From an uncultured Streptococcus sp. (GTDB lineage Bacteria > Bacillota > Bacilli > Lactobacillales > Streptococcaceae): 50,597 bases of DNA. The first letter of the stretch is position 1. Every line of letters begins with the position of its first letter. The stretch covers positions 1-50,597 of the forward strand of contig CAURTW010000001.1 of assembly GCA_963527705.1 (NCBI GenBank), read 5' to 3'. The position numbers were made by a program, and so were the translations under genes. Of the stretch, positions 11,365 to 22,951 are shown in pieces. A model generated the notes under the pieces. It searched no databases. It saw only the letters and a list, made by a program, of their open reading frames with translations, and was not told the DNA's origin.

Positions 11365-11399
11365 AAAAACACTGCCAGATTTCTAGCAGTGTTTTGAGT
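11365..11399 (-). terminator. Terminator after msmK
   Basis: aaaacactgc...gcagtgtttt inverted repeat. Confidence 0.7.
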
Positions 11400-11409
11400 T
11401 TTATTTATC

Positions 11410-12540
11410 TTAGTAAACTGTTTTTTCAGTTTCTACATCGAAGAAGTGTGCTTTGTTCAAGTCAAATCCAAGTTCAACTGTTGCACCTGTTTGCAAGTAG
11501 TCACGAGCATCAACTTTAGCAACAAATTCATCTTTACCAACTTGGCAGTAAAGGTGAGATTCTGAACCAAGCAATTCTGATACTGAGATAGTAGCTTTGA
11601 CAACTGATTCTGGGAATGTTTCAAGGAAAGCAGGTTCTGCATTCACATCTTCTGGACGGATACCGAAAATCAATTCTTTTCCTTCGTAGCCTTTGTCACG
11701 AAGAACTTTCAAAGCACCTTCTGGCACTTTCAAACGGAAACCGTCAGAAACAATTTCGCTACCAACCAATTTCACATTGATGAAGTTCATAGCTGGGCTT
11801 CCGATGAATCCTGCTACGAATTTGTTAACTGGGTTTTTGTAAACTTCTTGAGGGGTACCGATTTGTTCTACACGTCCGATAGTACCTGTACCAGCAGGGT
11901 TCTTAGTTGCTGACATGATAACGATGCGATCTGCAAGAGTCATCGCTTCTGTTTGGTCGTGAGTTACGTAGATAGTTGTAGCTCCGATACGACGGTGGAT
12001 TTTAGCAATTTCAGCACGCATAGATACACGAAGTTTGGCATCCAAGTTTGACAAAGGTTCGTCCATCAAGAACACTTTTGCATCACGGACGATAGCACGA
12101 CCCATGGCAACACGTTGACGTTGACCACCTGAAAGGTCAGCTGGTTTACGATCCAAGAATTCTTTCAAACCAAGGATTGCTGCTGCTTCTTGCACACGTT
12201 TGTCGATGTCTTCTTTGCTGTACTTACGCAATTTCAAACCGAAAGCCATGTTGTCATATACAGTCATGTGTGGATAAAGAGCGTAGTTTTGGAATACCAT
12301 GGCGATGTCACGGTCTTTTGGAGCTACGTCGTTGACAACCACGCCATCGATAGATGCAGTACCTTCTGTGATGTCTTCAAGACCAGCAATCATACGAAGA
12401 GTTGTTGATTTACCACATCCTGAAGGACCTACGAAAACGATAAATTCTTTGTCTTTGATGTCCAAGTTGAAGTCTTCAACTGAATAGTGTTCGCTGTTTG
12501 GATATTTTTTGTAAATATTTTTAAGATTTAATTCTACCAT
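11410..12540 (-). CDS. msmK: Multiple-sugar ABC transporter ATPase
   Basis: [22 protein letters not shown] motifs and C-terminal TOBE region. Confidence 0.95.
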   Translation of the reverse strand: MVELNLKNIYKKYPNSEHYSVEDFNLDIKDKEFIVFVGPSGCGKSTTLRMIAGLEDITEGTASIDGVVVNDVAPKDRDIAMVFQNYALYPHMTVYDNMAFGLKLRKYSKEDIDKRVQEAAAILGLKEFLDRKPADLSGGQRQRVAMGRAIVRDAKVFLMDEPLSNLDAKLRVSMRAEIAKIHRRIGATTIYVTHDQTEAMTLADRIVIMSATKNPAGTGTIGRVEQIGTPQEVYKNPVNKFVAGFIGSPAMNFINVKLVGSEIVSDGFRLKVPEGALKVLRDKGYEGKELIFGIRPEDVNAEPAFLETFPESVVKATISVSELLGSESHLYCQVGKDEFVAKVDARDYLQTGATVELGFDLNKAHFFDVETEKTVY

Positions 12541-12580
12541 CGAGGTGAACTCCTTTTGTCTTTTGATAGTTTTATTATAG

Positions 12581-12596
12581 ATGAAAACGTTTTACA
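12581..12596. promoter_or_regulatory. Putative CcpA cre site at msmK promoter
   Basis: ATGAAAACGTTTTACA resembles WTGNNARCGNWWWCAW and lies next to minus-strand -10 TATAAT (12574-12579). Confidence 0.6.
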
Positions 12597-12653
12597 TTTC
12601 TATGGCAAGGTGACCAAAAAAATAAAAAAGTTCTGTGCAACTTGCACAAAACT

Positions 12654-13523
12654 TTAAAGAATATCTGGTAAAATCAACTGATAACACAAGGTAAGATCCG
12701 TTAACTCCTTCAACTGAAGTCCTGTCAATTCTTCCCATTTGTCAATCTTGTATTGGAGAGAATTGCGATGTAGATAGAGTTGCTGGGCTGTTTTAGTTAG
12801 GACAGCACTATTTTCCCAGAGAGAAAGGATAATTTCCTGAATCTGATCCTGATCCAAAATCATCTGGTGCAGACATTCTTTAATGACTCTCAGGTCCACA
12901 ATCCTTTCTCCCATACTCCAAAGATAGAGTTGTGAAAAGGTGTGTACACCTTGATGACCTTGACGCCACCATGTCTTAAACAAATCCCGCTCCGCTTTGA
13001 TTAAGTCTGATAGGGCTTGATAGCCTATCTGAGACCACACCTGCCCCAACATGATAGACAGACGAAGGCCAAAGTCATACTCAACCGCTTCAATCGTATC
13101 AGATAAGATTGAGCGGACAGAGCTGTATTTATCTTGCTGGAGGACAAAAACATAATCCTGAGCCCCGACCTGTAGCACTGTCTGGCAGTTGGGAAAAAGA
13201 GTCCGCATCATATCCAGCCAAGAAGCTAGATTTTCCTGTTGGTAATAAGACAGATGGCAATAAACCAGCTGAATCTTTTTGAAAGCTTGCGGTGCCTGCC
13301 CCTTCCCCTCGATCAGATAGGGATACCAAGGATTGAGCGAACGAGCCTGCTCCTGCTGGGTTAAAAGGGCAACCAGCTGCTTTTCACGCTCGCTGAGCCC
13401 AGCTTCCTCCAGCAAAATCCACTGCTGAGAAGCTAAAGGGAGAGTGAGATAGCCCTCTTTCTCTACTGGTTGGTCTGAAATCTGAGTTTCAGGAAACCAG
13501 TCTTGTAGTTCTTTTGCCATCAT
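12654..13523 (-). CDS. PucR/CdaR-type HTH regulator (streptococcal 'leucine-rich protein')
   Basis: C-terminal TAQQLYLHRNSLQYKIDK HTH typical of the PucR family. Confidence 0.85.
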   Translation of the reverse strand: MMAKELQDWFPETQISDQPVEKEGYLTLPLASQQWILLEEAGLSEREKQLVALLTQQEQARSLNPWYPYLIEGKGQAPQAFKKIQLVYCHLSYYQQENLASWLDMMRTLFPNCQTVLQVGAQDYVFVLQQDKYSSVRSILSDTIEAVEYDFGLRLSIMLGQVWSQIGYQALSDLIKAERDLFKTWWRQGHQGVHTFSQLYLWSMGERIVDLRVIKECLHQMILDQDQIQEIILSLWENSAVLTKTAQQLYLHRNSLQYKIDKWEELTGLQLKELTDLTLCYQLILPDIL

Positions 13524-13526
13524 GCC

Positions 13527-13913
13527 CTAGCCCTCCACTTTTTGGATACACCATGAAATTAAGCTCTCAAGACGTTCCAGATTTTCAGTCATGTGGAGAT
13601 AGCCCATGACTGCTTCAAAACCTGTGGACATACGGTAAGTCACCACATCAGCATTTTTGGCCTTGGTGTGGCTATTGGTATTGCGACCACGTTTGTAGAT
13701 TTCTTCTTCTTTTTCCGTCAGGACTTGCTCCTCTAACATAAGGGAAATCAGGCGGGCCTGAGCCTTGGCTGAGACATACTTTGTCGCCTCTTGGTGGAGT
13801 TTATTGGGCTTGGTCATACCTTTTAAAATGAGGTGACGACGAATATACATAGAATACACCGCGTCCCCCTCAAAAGCTAACGCAATCCCGTTAATGAGAT
13901 TGACATCAATCAC
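13527..13913 (-). CDS. mrnC: Mini-ribonuclease III
   Basis: LAFEGDAVY, KRGRN and TGFEAVMGYL motifs, follows cysS. Confidence 0.92.
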   Translation of the reverse strand: MIDVNLINGIALAFEGDAVYSMYIRRHLILKGMTKPNKLHQEATKYVSAKAQARLISLMLEEQVLTEKEEEIYKRGRNTNSHTKAKNADVVTYRMSTGFEAVMGYLHMTENLERLESLISWCIQKVEG

Positions 13914-15249
13914 GTGTCCACCTCACTCCATCCTTGGTGTCAAGGAGCTTAATCCCTTGAACAGCCAATTGGTCACGGATCTGGTCCGCTGTCGCAAAGT
14001 CACGATTAGCACGCGCTTCTTGGCGTTTTTGAATCAAGTTTTCAATCTCTGCATCCAAAACTTCCTCAACAAAGACGATTCCAAAGACTTCCAACATATC
14101 TGCAAGAGCTTTCTTAACACTTGCATCATAGTTGCCAGAATTGATCCACTTGGCCATTTCAAAGACTACTGTAATACCATTGGCAGAGTTGAAATCCTCA
14201 TCCATAGCTGCTACAAACTTATCTTTAAAAGCTTGTAACTCTTGAGCATCTATAGTTCCAGTAAACGGTTGCTCGTAAGTATTCTTCAGATACTTGAGAT
14301 TAGTCTCTGCATCACGCACCGCTTTTTCTGTGAAGTTGATGGGCTTGCGGTAGTGTTGAGTCGCAAAGAAGAAACGAAGCACTTGCCCATCGAGAGTTTT
14401 AAGGGCATCATGTACGGTAATAAAGTTACCCAAGGACTTGGACATCTTGACATTATCGATATTGACAAAGCCATTGTGCATCCAGTAGTTGGCAAAGGTC
14501 TTGCCTGTTTTGGCTTCTGACTGGGCAATTTCATTGGTGTGGTGTGGAAACTCTAGGTCGGCTCCACCACCGTGAATATCAATGGTATCACCTAAAATCT
14601 CTGTTGACATGACCGAACACTCGATGTGCCATCCCGGACGACCAGATCCCCAAGGACTGTCCCAAGAAATCTCGCCTGATTTGGCAGATTTCCAGAGGGC
14701 AAAGTCTACAGGATTTTCCTTACGAGCCGTTTCTTCATCGGTACGACCTGAAGCACCCAGCTCCAAATCTTCCAAGGTTTTATTGGCCAACTTGGCATAG
14801 TTATGAGATTTTTCCACACGGAAATAGACATCTCCTTGACTCTCGTAGGCAAAGCCTTTTCCAATCAAGTCTTCCACAAAGCGGATGATGTCAGCCATAA
14901 ACTCCACCACACGCGGATGGCGAGTCGCAGGTTTGACGCCCAAGGCCGTCACATCCTCACGAAAGGCAACGATGTACTTGTCCGCAACCTCCTGAGGCGT
15001 GATCCCTTCTTCCTTGGCACGGTTGATAATCTTATCATCCACATCTGTGAAATTGGAAATATAGGTAACCTCAAAACCACGGTACTCAAAATAACGTCGA
15101 ATCGTATCAAAAGCCACCGTTGAACGGGCATTCCCCACGTGGATATAGTTATACACGGTTGGCCCACAAACATACATCTTGACCTTGCCGTCCTCAATCG
15201 GGACAAATTCTCGCAAATCACGAGACATAGTGTCATAGATTTTAATCAT
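13906..15249 (-). CDS. cysS: Cysteine--tRNA ligase
   Basis: CGPTVY, HVGN, GWHIEC and KMSKS motifs. Confidence 0.97.
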   Translation of the reverse strand: MIKIYDTMSRDLREFVPIEDGKVKMYVCGPTVYNYIHVGNARSTVAFDTIRRYFEYRGFEVTYISNFTDVDDKIINRAKEEGITPQEVADKYIVAFREDVTALGVKPATRHPRVVEFMADIIRFVEDLIGKGFAYESQGDVYFRVEKSHNYAKLANKTLEDLELGASGRTDEETARKENPVDFALWKSAKSGEISWDSPWGSGRPGWHIECSVMSTEILGDTIDIHGGGADLEFPHHTNEIAQSEAKTGKTFANYWMHNGFVNIDNVKMSKSLGNFITVHDALKTLDGQVLRFFFATQHYRKPINFTEKAVRDAETNLKYLKNTYEQPFTGTIDAQELQAFKDKFVAAMDEDFNSANGITVVFEMAKWINSGNYDASVKKALADMLEVFGIVFVEEVLDAEIENLIQKRQEARANRDFATADQIRDQLAVQGIKLLDTKDGVRWTRD

Positions 15250-15330
15250 AAATCATAGTCAGGAAATCCAAAATCCAAGAACAATTAGTTTCATCACTAA
15301 GAGTTCAATTGAATTTCAGTCCGAATGTCT

Positions 15331-16215
15331 CTACACTTCGGAATCCCTTGCTCCTTTCGCATTCAGATAAACCACTTGGGTTTGTTTGACAAAGCCAATC
15401 TTTTCATATAAGCGCTTGGCACCTACATTGCTATCTTCCACTGCAATCTGAAATTCCTTATCATTTTGCTCAATTAGTTGGTTGACAAGGGATTTTGCTA
15501 AGTAGCTTCCATAGCCTTTCCCACGTTCAGGTTCAGATATTGCTAAACCGTAGAAGTAATTCGTATTAGTCGATAAATCTACCGTGCAAGTTCCAATAAC
15601 CTGACCGTCTTTTAACAAAATATATAAGCGACTTTCTGGATCCTTCAGAGCTTCAGCGACATATCTATCCACAACTTCTCTCGATTCATGTTCCTCTGAG
15701 AATGCCTGAAATTTTAACTGACTAATTTGCTCCTGATACGAACTATCTGCTAACAAAACTTCAAGATTAGAAACATTTGCTAACGGATAAGGTTTTCTAT
15801 CCTTGCCTAACCAAGTTTCTGTATCCTCGTCCTCGACCAATCCCCAGTTGCTGGCAAAATCAGGATGACGTTCTAGAAAAATACGTTCTGTCTGAAAAGT
15901 CACTGAACGAATAGAGAAAGAAGCCGTTTCTTTCTCAAAACTAGTAAACAATGCACGCGCAATTCCCTGATGGCGATGATCTGGATGAACCAGTATCGTC
16001 ACTTCCACATCTTGGTCATCAGCATAGACAGTTAAGAGACCAACAAGTTCGCCTTTTTCATAATAAAGGAAAAAGGCGGGCATGTTTGGGTCAAAATTAA
16101 GCATGTTAGAAAGATAGGGATCACGATAGGTACCGTCATAGTTTTGGCAATAGTTAATTAGTTTTTTCGCCTCAGATAGCTCCTCTTGGCTTAACTTGTT
16201 TCTTGCTTGAATCAT
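15331..16215 (-). CDS. Tandem GNAT acetyltransferase
   Basis: Two acetyl-CoA motifs (RHQGIA, RGKGYG) and LYEKIGF. Confidence 0.85.
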   Translation of the reverse strand: MIQARNKLSQEELSEAKKLINYCQNYDGTYRDPYLSNMLNFDPNMPAFFLYYEKGELVGLLTVYADDQDVEVTILVHPDHRHQGIARALFTSFEKETASFSIRSVTFQTERIFLERHPDFASNWGLVEDEDTETWLGKDRKPYPLANVSNLEVLLADSSYQEQISQLKFQAFSEEHESREVVDRYVAEALKDPESRLYILLKDGQVIGTCTVDLSTNTNYFYGLAISEPERGKGYGSYLAKSLVNQLIEQNDKEFQIAVEDSNVGAKRLYEKIGFVKQTQVVYLNAKGARDSEV

Positions 16216-16226
16216 ATAGGTACCCT

Positions 16227-16844
16227 CTACAAACCAGACGATCTGTGACTGGCATCTTTAGATTGCTCGAGTTTATTGACGTAGTACTCTCGTTTTTCTT
16301 CGACTTCGTGGATCGTCGGTTCATCCTTCTGTCCATGAACTCGGACAATCTTAGCCGGAATACCGACAACCGTCACATCACTAGGTACGTCTGCCACGAC
16401 AACTGCTGCTGCACCGACCTTGGCATTTTCACCAATTTCCACTGGTCCAATGACTTGGGCATGAGCGGATATTAAAGCTCCTTTTCGCACGGTTGGATGG
16501 CGTTTGCCACAGTCTTTTCCTGTCCCACCAAGAGTTACTCCGTGGTAAAGCATAACACCTTTTTCAACAATCGCAGTCTCTCCGATAACCAGGCCTGAAC
16601 CATGGTCAATAAAGACTCCAGAGTCGATTTGAGCACCTGGATGAATCTCAATCTGAGTCCAAAAGCGCCAAAACTGACTGTGCATACGAGCCAAGAGTTT
16701 AAAGCCATGCTTCCAGAGAAAATGCGAGAGACGGTGGGCAGCCAAGGCCTTGACACCTGGATAGGTCAGTAGAACCTCCAAACTGGTGCGTGCCGCTGGA
16801 TCATTTTCTTTTACAATATCAATGGTTTCGCGCCACCATCCCAT
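16227..16844 (-). CDS. cysE: Serine O-acetyltransferase
   Basis: DPAA, EIHPGA, FIDHG and KRHP motifs with hexapeptide repeats. Confidence 0.95.
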   Translation of the reverse strand: MGWWRETIDIVKENDPAARTSLEVLLTYPGVKALAAHRLSHFLWKHGFKLLARMHSQFWRFWTQIEIHPGAQIDSGVFIDHGSGLVIGETAIVEKGVMLYHGVTLGGTGKDCGKRHPTVRKGALISAHAQVIGPVEIGENAKVGAAAVVVADVPSDVTVVGIPAKIVRVHGQKDEPTIHEVEEKREYYVNKLEQSKDASHRSSGL

Positions 16845-16859
16845 ACATTTCTCCTTTTC

Positions 16860-19073
16860 TTATTCTGAATCTTTTGGTGTTTCTGTAAATTCTTTCTTAG
16901 GTTTGTGGTCCTTGTGATGACGTGGACGGTGAGGTCGCTCAGACTTTTCGCCTTTTTCATCATGCTCAGGTTTTGGCGGACGAGGAAGAAGAGCTTTCAT
17001 AGAGGCATCGATACGTCCTTTTTCATCAATCTTGATAACCTTAACATCAACTTCATCCCCGATTGCTACCAAGTCTTCGACATTATTGGTACGCGTCCAA
17101 GCCATCTCAGAGATATGAACAAGGGCATCTGTCTTATCAAAGAGGTTAACAAAGGCACCAAATTTCTCGATACGAACGACTTTAGCACGGTAAACTTCAT
17201 CCACTTTGGCTTCACGGACCAAACCAGCAATAATTTCTTTAGCACGGTTAATAGCATCTTGGTCGCTAGAGTAGATAGATACATTTCCTTCTTCGTCGAT
17301 ATCAATCTTAACGCCTGTTTCAGCGATAATCTTGTCGATGGTTTCTCCACCCTTACCGATGACAATCTTGATCTTGTCCACATCAATCTTGATGGTATCA
17401 ATTTTCGGAGCAGTTGGAGCCAATTCTGGACGAACTTCTGGAATGGTTGCTTCAATCACATCAAGGATTTCAAAACGCGCTTTCTTGGCTTGAGCAAGAG
17501 CCTCAGTCAAGATTTCTGCAGTAATCCCTTGAATCTTGATATCCATTTGAAGGGCTGTAATCCCCTCACGAGTACCCGCAACCTTGAAGTCCATGTCTCC
17601 AAAGTGGTCTTCCAAACCTTGGATATCGGTCAAGACAGTGTAGTTGTTTCCATCTGAGATAAGTCCCATGGCAATACCAGCTACTGGCGCCTTGATTGGC
17701 ACACCACCAGCCATAAGGGCGAGCGTTCCCGCACAGATAGAGGCTTGAGAAGATGAACCGTTTGATTCTAACACTTCAGCTACCAAGCGAATCGCGTATG
17801 GAAATTCTTCCAAACTTGGCAAGACTTGAGCAAGAGCACGTTCACCGAGAGCCCCATGACCAATTTCACGACGACCAGGCGCACCGTAACGACCAGTTTC
17901 CCCTACAGAGTATTGAGGGAAGTTATAGTGGTGCATAAAGCGTTTCTTGTACTCTGGATCCAAACCATCGATAATTTGAGTTTCACCCATTGGCGCCAAG
18001 GTCAAGACTGAAAGAGCCTGAGTTTGTCCACGAGTGAAGAGACCTGAACCGTGCACGCGAGGAAGGAAGTCAACAACCGCATCCAAAGGACGGATTTCAT
18101 CGACCTTACGACCGTCAGGACGCACCTTGTCTTCTGTAATCAAACGGCGCACTTCAGCGTGTTCCATTTGTTCCAAGATTTCAGCCACATCACGCATAAT
18201 ACGGTCAAATTCTTCGTGGTCTGCATATTTTTCTTCATACACCGCAGTCACTTGGTCTTTAACTGCTTGAGTCGAAGCTTCTCGAGCCAATTTTTCTTCT
18301 ACTTGGACAGCTTTTTGGAGGTCACTGTTGTAGGCTGCGATGATTTCAGCCTGCAAGTCAGCGTCTACATGAAGCAATTCCACTTCTGCTTTTTCCTTAC
18401 CAACTGCCGCAACGATTTCTTCTTGGAAGGCAATCAATTCTTTGACTGCTTCGTGCCCTTTGAGAAGGGCTTCCAACATGATTTCTTCTGACAATTCTTT
18501 GGCACCAGACTCTACCATGTTGATGGCGTGTTTGGTACCAGCTACTGTCAATTCAAGGAGAGATTGCTCTGCTTGTTCTTGCGTAGGGTTGATGATGATT
18601 TGACCATCTACATAGCCCACTTGCACCCCAGCAATTGGTCCGTCAAACGGAATATCTGAGATAGAAAGTGCCAAGGATGAACCAAACATAGCCGCCATTG
18701 GAGCAGAGGCATTTTCATCATAAGAAAGGACGGTGTTGATAACTTGGACTTCGTTACGGAAACCTTCCGCAAACATAGGACGGATTGGACGGTCAATCAA
18801 ACGCGCTGTCAAAGTCGCATCTGTTGAAGGACGTCCTTCACGTTTCATAAAGCCACCAGGAAACTTCCCAGCCGCATACATTTTTTCTTCGTAGTTGACT
18901 TGAAGAGGGAAGAAATCCCCAGTTGCCATTTTCTTAGACATAACGGCAGCAGTCAAGACAGTTGACTCACCGTAACGCACGACAACAGAGCCATTTGCTT
19001 GCTTAGCAACCTGACCAGTCTCTACAATTAACTCACGACCCGCAAAAGTCGTTTGAAACACTTGTTTTGTCAT
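16860..19073 (-). CDS. pnp: Polyribonucleotide nucleotidyltransferase
   Basis: Two RNase PH domains ([16 protein letters not shown]), KH and S1. True start MTKQVF at 19073. Confidence 0.97.
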   Translation of the reverse strand: MTKQVFQTTFAGRELIVETGQVAKQANGSVVVRYGESTVLTAAVMSKKMATGDFFPLQVNYEEKMYAAGKFPGGFMKREGRPSTDATLTARLIDRPIRPMFAEGFRNEVQVINTVLSYDENASAPMAAMFGSSLALSISDIPFDGPIAGVQVGYVDGQIIINPTQEQAEQSLLELTVAGTKHAINMVESGAKELSEEIMLEALLKGHEAVKELIAFQEEIVAAVGKEKAEVELLHVDADLQAEIIAAYNSDLQKAVQVEEKLAREASTQAVKDQVTAVYEEKYADHEEFDRIMRDVAEILEQMEHAEVRRLITEDKVRPDGRKVDEIRPLDAVVDFLPRVHGSGLFTRGQTQALSVLTLAPMGETQIIDGLDPEYKKRFMHHYNFPQYSVGETGRYGAPGRREIGHGALGERALAQVLPSLEEFPYAIRLVAEVLESNGSSSQASICAGTLALMAGGVPIKAPVAGIAMGLISDGNNYTVLTDIQGLEDHFGDMDFKVAGTREGITALQMDIKIQGITAEILTEALAQAKKARFEILDVIEATIPEVRPELAPTAPKIDTIKIDVDKIKIVIGKGGETIDKIIAETGVKIDIDEEGNVSIYSSDQDAINRAKEIIAGLVREAKVDEVYRAKVVRIEKFGAFVNLFDKTDALVHISEMAWTRTNNVEDLVAIGDEVDVKVIKIDEKGRIDASMKALLPRPPKPEHDEKGEKSERPHRPRHHKDHKPKKEFTETPKDSE

Positions 19074-19442
19074 TTTAATCCCCTTTGGATTGATGAAATT
19101 ATACGCCTTGCCTACAAAGATCAAGATATTTTGGACGGTTCGGCTTGCCGAACATTTCTGTAGAAAAATAGGAAGATGACGCCGCACTCGATGAGTGCTA
19201 GGAAGCTTATCTTTTTTCCTAAGAAATGAGGTCAAAATTCAATTAAGAATCTTTGATAGCGTGAAATATCTTTTAAATACTCACTCTGTTCGTGTTTTTT
19301 GAAACACACATTATCAGATTTTGTTTAAAAAATAATCAACTTTAAACAAACTTCTACAACCTAAATACCCTCATCTTTGTATCAAGTACGTACAGAGTCT
19401 ATTTTATCATATTTTTCTTAAAAAGTACGGGCTTTTCTATTA

Positions 19443-19486
19443 AAAAGGAACCATTCCCCTCACCTGAGAAGAATGGTTTGCTTTTT
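19443..19486 (-). terminator. Terminator after metF
   Basis: aaccattc...gaatggtt stem with A/T flanks. Confidence 0.6.
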
Positions 19487-19487
19487 A

Positions 19488-20354
19488 TTATCCTAAAGAC
19501 TGATGATTAAACAAGGCATGGGTTGCTTGGTGGATGTATTTTGCTGTTTCAGCATTGTTCATGGTGTATAGATGCACACCTGCGACATCTTGGGTTACCA
19601 AGTCCACGATTTGATCCACTGCATAGGCAAGTCCTGCTGCTCTGAGCGACTCAGGGTCATGCTCATACTTGTCTAAGATGGCTTTAAATTTGCGTGGAAG
19701 ATGGATATTCTCACAAGTCTTCAAGAGGCGGAGAGCCTGATTTCGATTCAGAATTGGCATAATCCCTGCATGAATGGGAACATCAATCCCAGCCAAGATG
19801 CACTTGTCTTGGAAATCATAGAAGCGCTCATTGTCAAAGAAGAGCTGAGTTACGAGGCTCGAACAGCCTGCATCCACTTTCTTCTTAAGATTTTGGATAT
19901 CTGAAATCTGATTTGGTGAATCTGGATGCCCTTCTGGATAGCAAGCACCAACAATATCAAAGTGAGGAGCTTGCTCCTTGATGAACTCAATCAAGTCAGT
20001 TGCGTAGCGGAAATCCTTTTGCGGCTCTACATCAGGGATAATATCCCCACGAAGAGCCAAGATTTTCTGTACCCCAACCTTATCCAAGTCGGCAATCGTT
20101 TCAGCCACCTTGTCCTTGGTCAAATAGATGGCTGGCAAGTGAGCAATAGTTGGAATCGCCAAGTCATTTTGGATAAAGTCAGCCAAACGAACCGTCGTTT
20201 CCTTGATATTAAATTTATTGTTGCTGGCAGTTACACTGATAAAGTGTGGTGCTAGCTCCTGCATATCTTGAAGAGCAGAAATAATTTTATCATTACCCAC
20301 AGCTGGGTTGGGAGGGAACACTTCAAATGAGAGTGACGGTGTTTGGCGTGACAT
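19488..20354 (-). CDS. metF: 5,10-methylenetetrahydrofolate reductase
   Basis: SFEVFPP, LALRGD, YPEGHP and TQLFFD motifs. Start at 20354 chosen from RBS spacing (20360 possible). Confidence 0.95.
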   Translation of the reverse strand: MSRQTPSLSFEVFPPNPAVGNDKIISALQDMQELAPHFISVTASNNKFNIKETTVRLADFIQNDLAIPTIAHLPAIYLTKDKVAETIADLDKVGVQKILALRGDIIPDVEPQKDFRYATDLIEFIKEQAPHFDIVGACYPEGHPDSPNQISDIQNLKKKVDAGCSSLVTQLFFDNERFYDFQDKCILAGIDVPIHAGIMPILNRNQALRLLKTCENIHLPRKFKAILDKYEHDPESLRAAGLAYAVDQIVDLVTQDVAGVHLYTMNNAETAKYIHQATHALFNHQSLG

Positions 20355-20457
20355 AGTCATTATCCTTTTCTAGTTGATTTTTTTCGTTAGCTGGATTCCT
20401 AGAATCCAAGTGAAACAGGCAGATTGACCAAACAGCGCTTCTAGAGAAATCCTTATC

Positions 20458-22707
20458 TTACAATTTCTCACGCGCAGCTTTAGCTGCTTCAACAAGGCGG
20501 ATCAAGCTTTCTTTTGTTTCTGGAATACCACGTGTTTTCAAACCACAGTCAGGGTTGATCCAAACTTTCTTGCTTGGTACTTTGGCAAGAATAGCATCGA
20601 TCGTGTGGTCGATTTCGCCTTCATTAGGCACACGAGGAGAGTGGATATCGTAAACCCCAGGTCCCACTTCTGTTTGGAAGTTTTTCGCTTTGAGTTCGTC
20701 CAAGATTTCAAGGTTTGAACGGCTTGCTTCAAAGGAAATAACGTCCGCATCCATGTTGTCGATAGCTGGGATGATATCTGTAAATTCTGAGTAACACATG
20801 TGAGTGTGGATTTGTGTGTCTGGCGCTACTGTTGAGTGTACCAAGCGGAAGGCTGGAATTGCCCAGTCAAGGTAGTCTTCGTACCAGTCGCTACGACGGA
20901 GTGGCAATTTCTCACGAAGAGCAGCCTCGTCGATTTGGATGATTTTCACACCTGCAGCTTCAAGGTCAAGAACTTCATCCTTGATAGCAAGAGCGATTTG
21001 AAGAGTAGAATCCTTGATAGAGATGTCTTCACGTGGGAATGACCAGTTGAGGATGGTAACAGGTCCAGTCAACATACCTTTAACAGGTTTGTCAGTACGG
21101 CTTTGTGCGTAGCTAGACCATTTAACAGTAATTGGGTTAAGACGAGTGACATCACCCCAGATGATTGGTGGTTTCACCCCACGCATACCGTATGATTGTA
21201 CCCAACCATTCTTAGAGAAGAGGTAACCGGACAAGTTTTGACCGAAGTACTCAACCATGTCGTTACGCTCGAACTCACCGTGTACAAGCACGTCAAACCC
21301 AACTTCTTCTTGCCATTTGATCCATTCGTCGATGGTTTCAGCAAGGAAAGCATCGTACTCTTCTTGAGACAATTCACCTTTACGGTAAGCCAAACGTTTA
21401 GCACGAACTTCTTTTGTTTGAGGGAATGAACCAATAGTTGTTGTTGGAAGAGCTGGAAGTTTGAAAGCTTCTTCTTGGATAGCTTCACGTTCAGCAAAGG
21501 CTGGCAAACGAGTGTAGTCTGCATCAGTCAAACCAGCGATACGCGCACGAAGTTCAGCATTTTCACCCACACGTTCAGTCGCAAAGAGTTCTTTGTTAGC
21601 TGCAAGTGCTTCTTCACCTTGACCATTGCGGATAGCATCCAAATCACGAATTTCATCCAATTTTTCAACTGCAAAAGCAAAGTGGTTCAAGATAGCTGGT
21701 TCAAATTCTTCATTAGCAGTTGTAAATGGCACATGAAGAAGTGAGCATGAGCTTGTCAAGACAATGTTTTCAGCTGGGATTTGCTCAAGAACAGCCAAGC
21801 TCTTTTCATAGTTGTTACGCCAGATGTTTTTACCATTGACGATACCTGCGTAGAGAGTCTTGTCAGCTGGGAAGCCACCTTTAACGAGTTCAAGAGTTTT
21901 CTTACCTTCAACGAAGTCAAAACCGATAGCATCTACTGGCAAGTTTACAAGGTCAGCGTAGACGTCACGAACGTCACCAAAGTAAGTTTGAAGCAAGACT
22001 TCAAGACCTTTTTTGTCAGCCAAGAGTTTGTTGTAGAGGTTCAAGAAGAGAGCTTTTTCTTCATCTGTTAAGTCTTTGACAAGAGCAGCTTCATCCAATT
22101 GGATACGAGTCGCACCAAGTTCCGCCAATTTAGCAAAAACTTCTTGGTAAGCAGCCACTAAGCTGTCTACGAAGTCTTCTGCTTTCACGCCTTCTTCAAA
22201 GTCTGACAATTGAAGGAAAGTGAATGGACCTACAAGAACTGGGCGAGTGTTCAATCCAAGTTCTTTTGCTTCTTGGAACTCATCGAAAATCTTGTGACCT
22301 TCAAGTTTGACTTGAGTGTCTTTTTCAAATTTAGGAACGATGTAGTGGTAGTTGGTGTTGAACCATTTCTTCATTGGAAGGGCGCGAACGTCCCCTTTTT
22401 CTCCTTGGTAACCACGACCCAAAGCGAAGTAGCGCTCAAGGTCAGACAAGTCCAAGTTTTGAACTGAAGCAGGTACCACGTTGAAAAGGAAAGCTGCATC
22501 TAGGAAGTTGTCATAGTGAGAAAAGTCATTTGATGGAATTTCAGTGATGCCTTTTTCTTTGACAATGTTCCAGTGTTTAGCACGCAAGTCTTTTGCGGCC
22601 GCCAAGAGTTCTTCTTCTGAGATTTCTTTTCTAAAGTATTTTTCAGTTGTAAATTTTAATTCGCGGAATTCGCCCAAACGAGGGAAACCGATGATCGTAG
22701 TTGACAT
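20458..22707 (-). CDS. metE: Cobalamin-independent methionine synthase
   Basis: [24 protein letters not shown] and WINPDCGLK motifs. RBS ggagg precedes ATG 22707. Confidence 0.97.
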   Translation of the reverse strand: MSTTIIGFPRLGEFRELKFTTEKYFRKEISEEELLAAAKDLRAKHWNIVKEKGITEIPSNDFSHYDNFLDAAFLFNVVPASVQNLDLSDLERYFALGRGYQGEKGDVRALPMKKWFNTNYHYIVPKFEKDTQVKLEGHKIFDEFQEAKELGLNTRPVLVGPFTFLQLSDFEEGVKAEDFVDSLVAAYQEVFAKLAELGATRIQLDEAALVKDLTDEEKALFLNLYNKLLADKKGLEVLLQTYFGDVRDVYADLVNLPVDAIGFDFVEGKKTLELVKGGFPADKTLYAGIVNGKNIWRNNYEKSLAVLEQIPAENIVLTSSCSLLHVPFTTANEEFEPAILNHFAFAVEKLDEIRDLDAIRNGQGEEALAANKELFATERVGENAELRARIAGLTDADYTRLPAFAEREAIQEEAFKLPALPTTTIGSFPQTKEVRAKRLAYRKGELSQEEYDAFLAETIDEWIKWQEEVGFDVLVHGEFERNDMVEYFGQNLSGYLFSKNGWVQSYGMRGVKPPIIWGDVTRLNPITVKWSSYAQSRTDKPVKGMLTGPVTILNWSFPREDISIKDSTLQIALAIKDEVLDLEAAGVKIIQIDEAALREKLPLRRSDWYEDYLDWAIPAFRLVHSTVAPDTQIHTHMCYSEFTDIIPAIDNMDADVISFEASRSNLEILDELKAKNFQTEVGPGVYDIHSPRVPNEGEIDHTIDAILAKVPSKKVWINPDCGLKTRGIPETKESLIRLVEAAKAAREKL

Positions 22708-22787
22708 GATGTGTCCTCCAAAATTTGTTGTTGAAACTATCTTAACAGAAAAGAAAGCGTCTGTATAATTGTAAAAAATTAGGCTTT

Positions 22788-22808
22788 GATATAGTTTGAA
22801 ACTATATC
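22788..22808. promoter_or_regulatory. Met-box (MetR/MtaR/CmhR LysR-type operator) upstream of metE
   Basis: Palindrome gaTATAGTTTGAAACTATAtc matches the streptococcal TATAGTTtnaAACTATA motif. Confidence 0.85.
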
Positions 22809-22951
22809 TCTGTTTTAGACAAAAGAAAAAGACTTGAGACAAATGCCTCAAATCCTTTGTGTAGCTTGTTTTTTAACAATATTTCAGTTAGGCTCTTCAA
22901 ACGTGTTATTAGTAATTCTTATAAGTGACTATGACTTGTTATTAGAAAAGA

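Noticed and set aside
16905..17657. 250-aa antisense ORF in pnp and many other shadow ORFs (in rel, cysS, metE, scrK, scrA, hsdR)
   Set aside because: They lie opposite or out of frame within well-conserved genes, lack recognisable motifs, and are expected from codon bias.
19074..19235. N-terminal extensions in the ORF track (pnp, also pepO, metE, psaB, fic, TIGR04141, mvaS)
   Set aside because: Downstream ATGs match known N-termini and/or have better RBS spacing. The extensions are longest-ORF artefacts.
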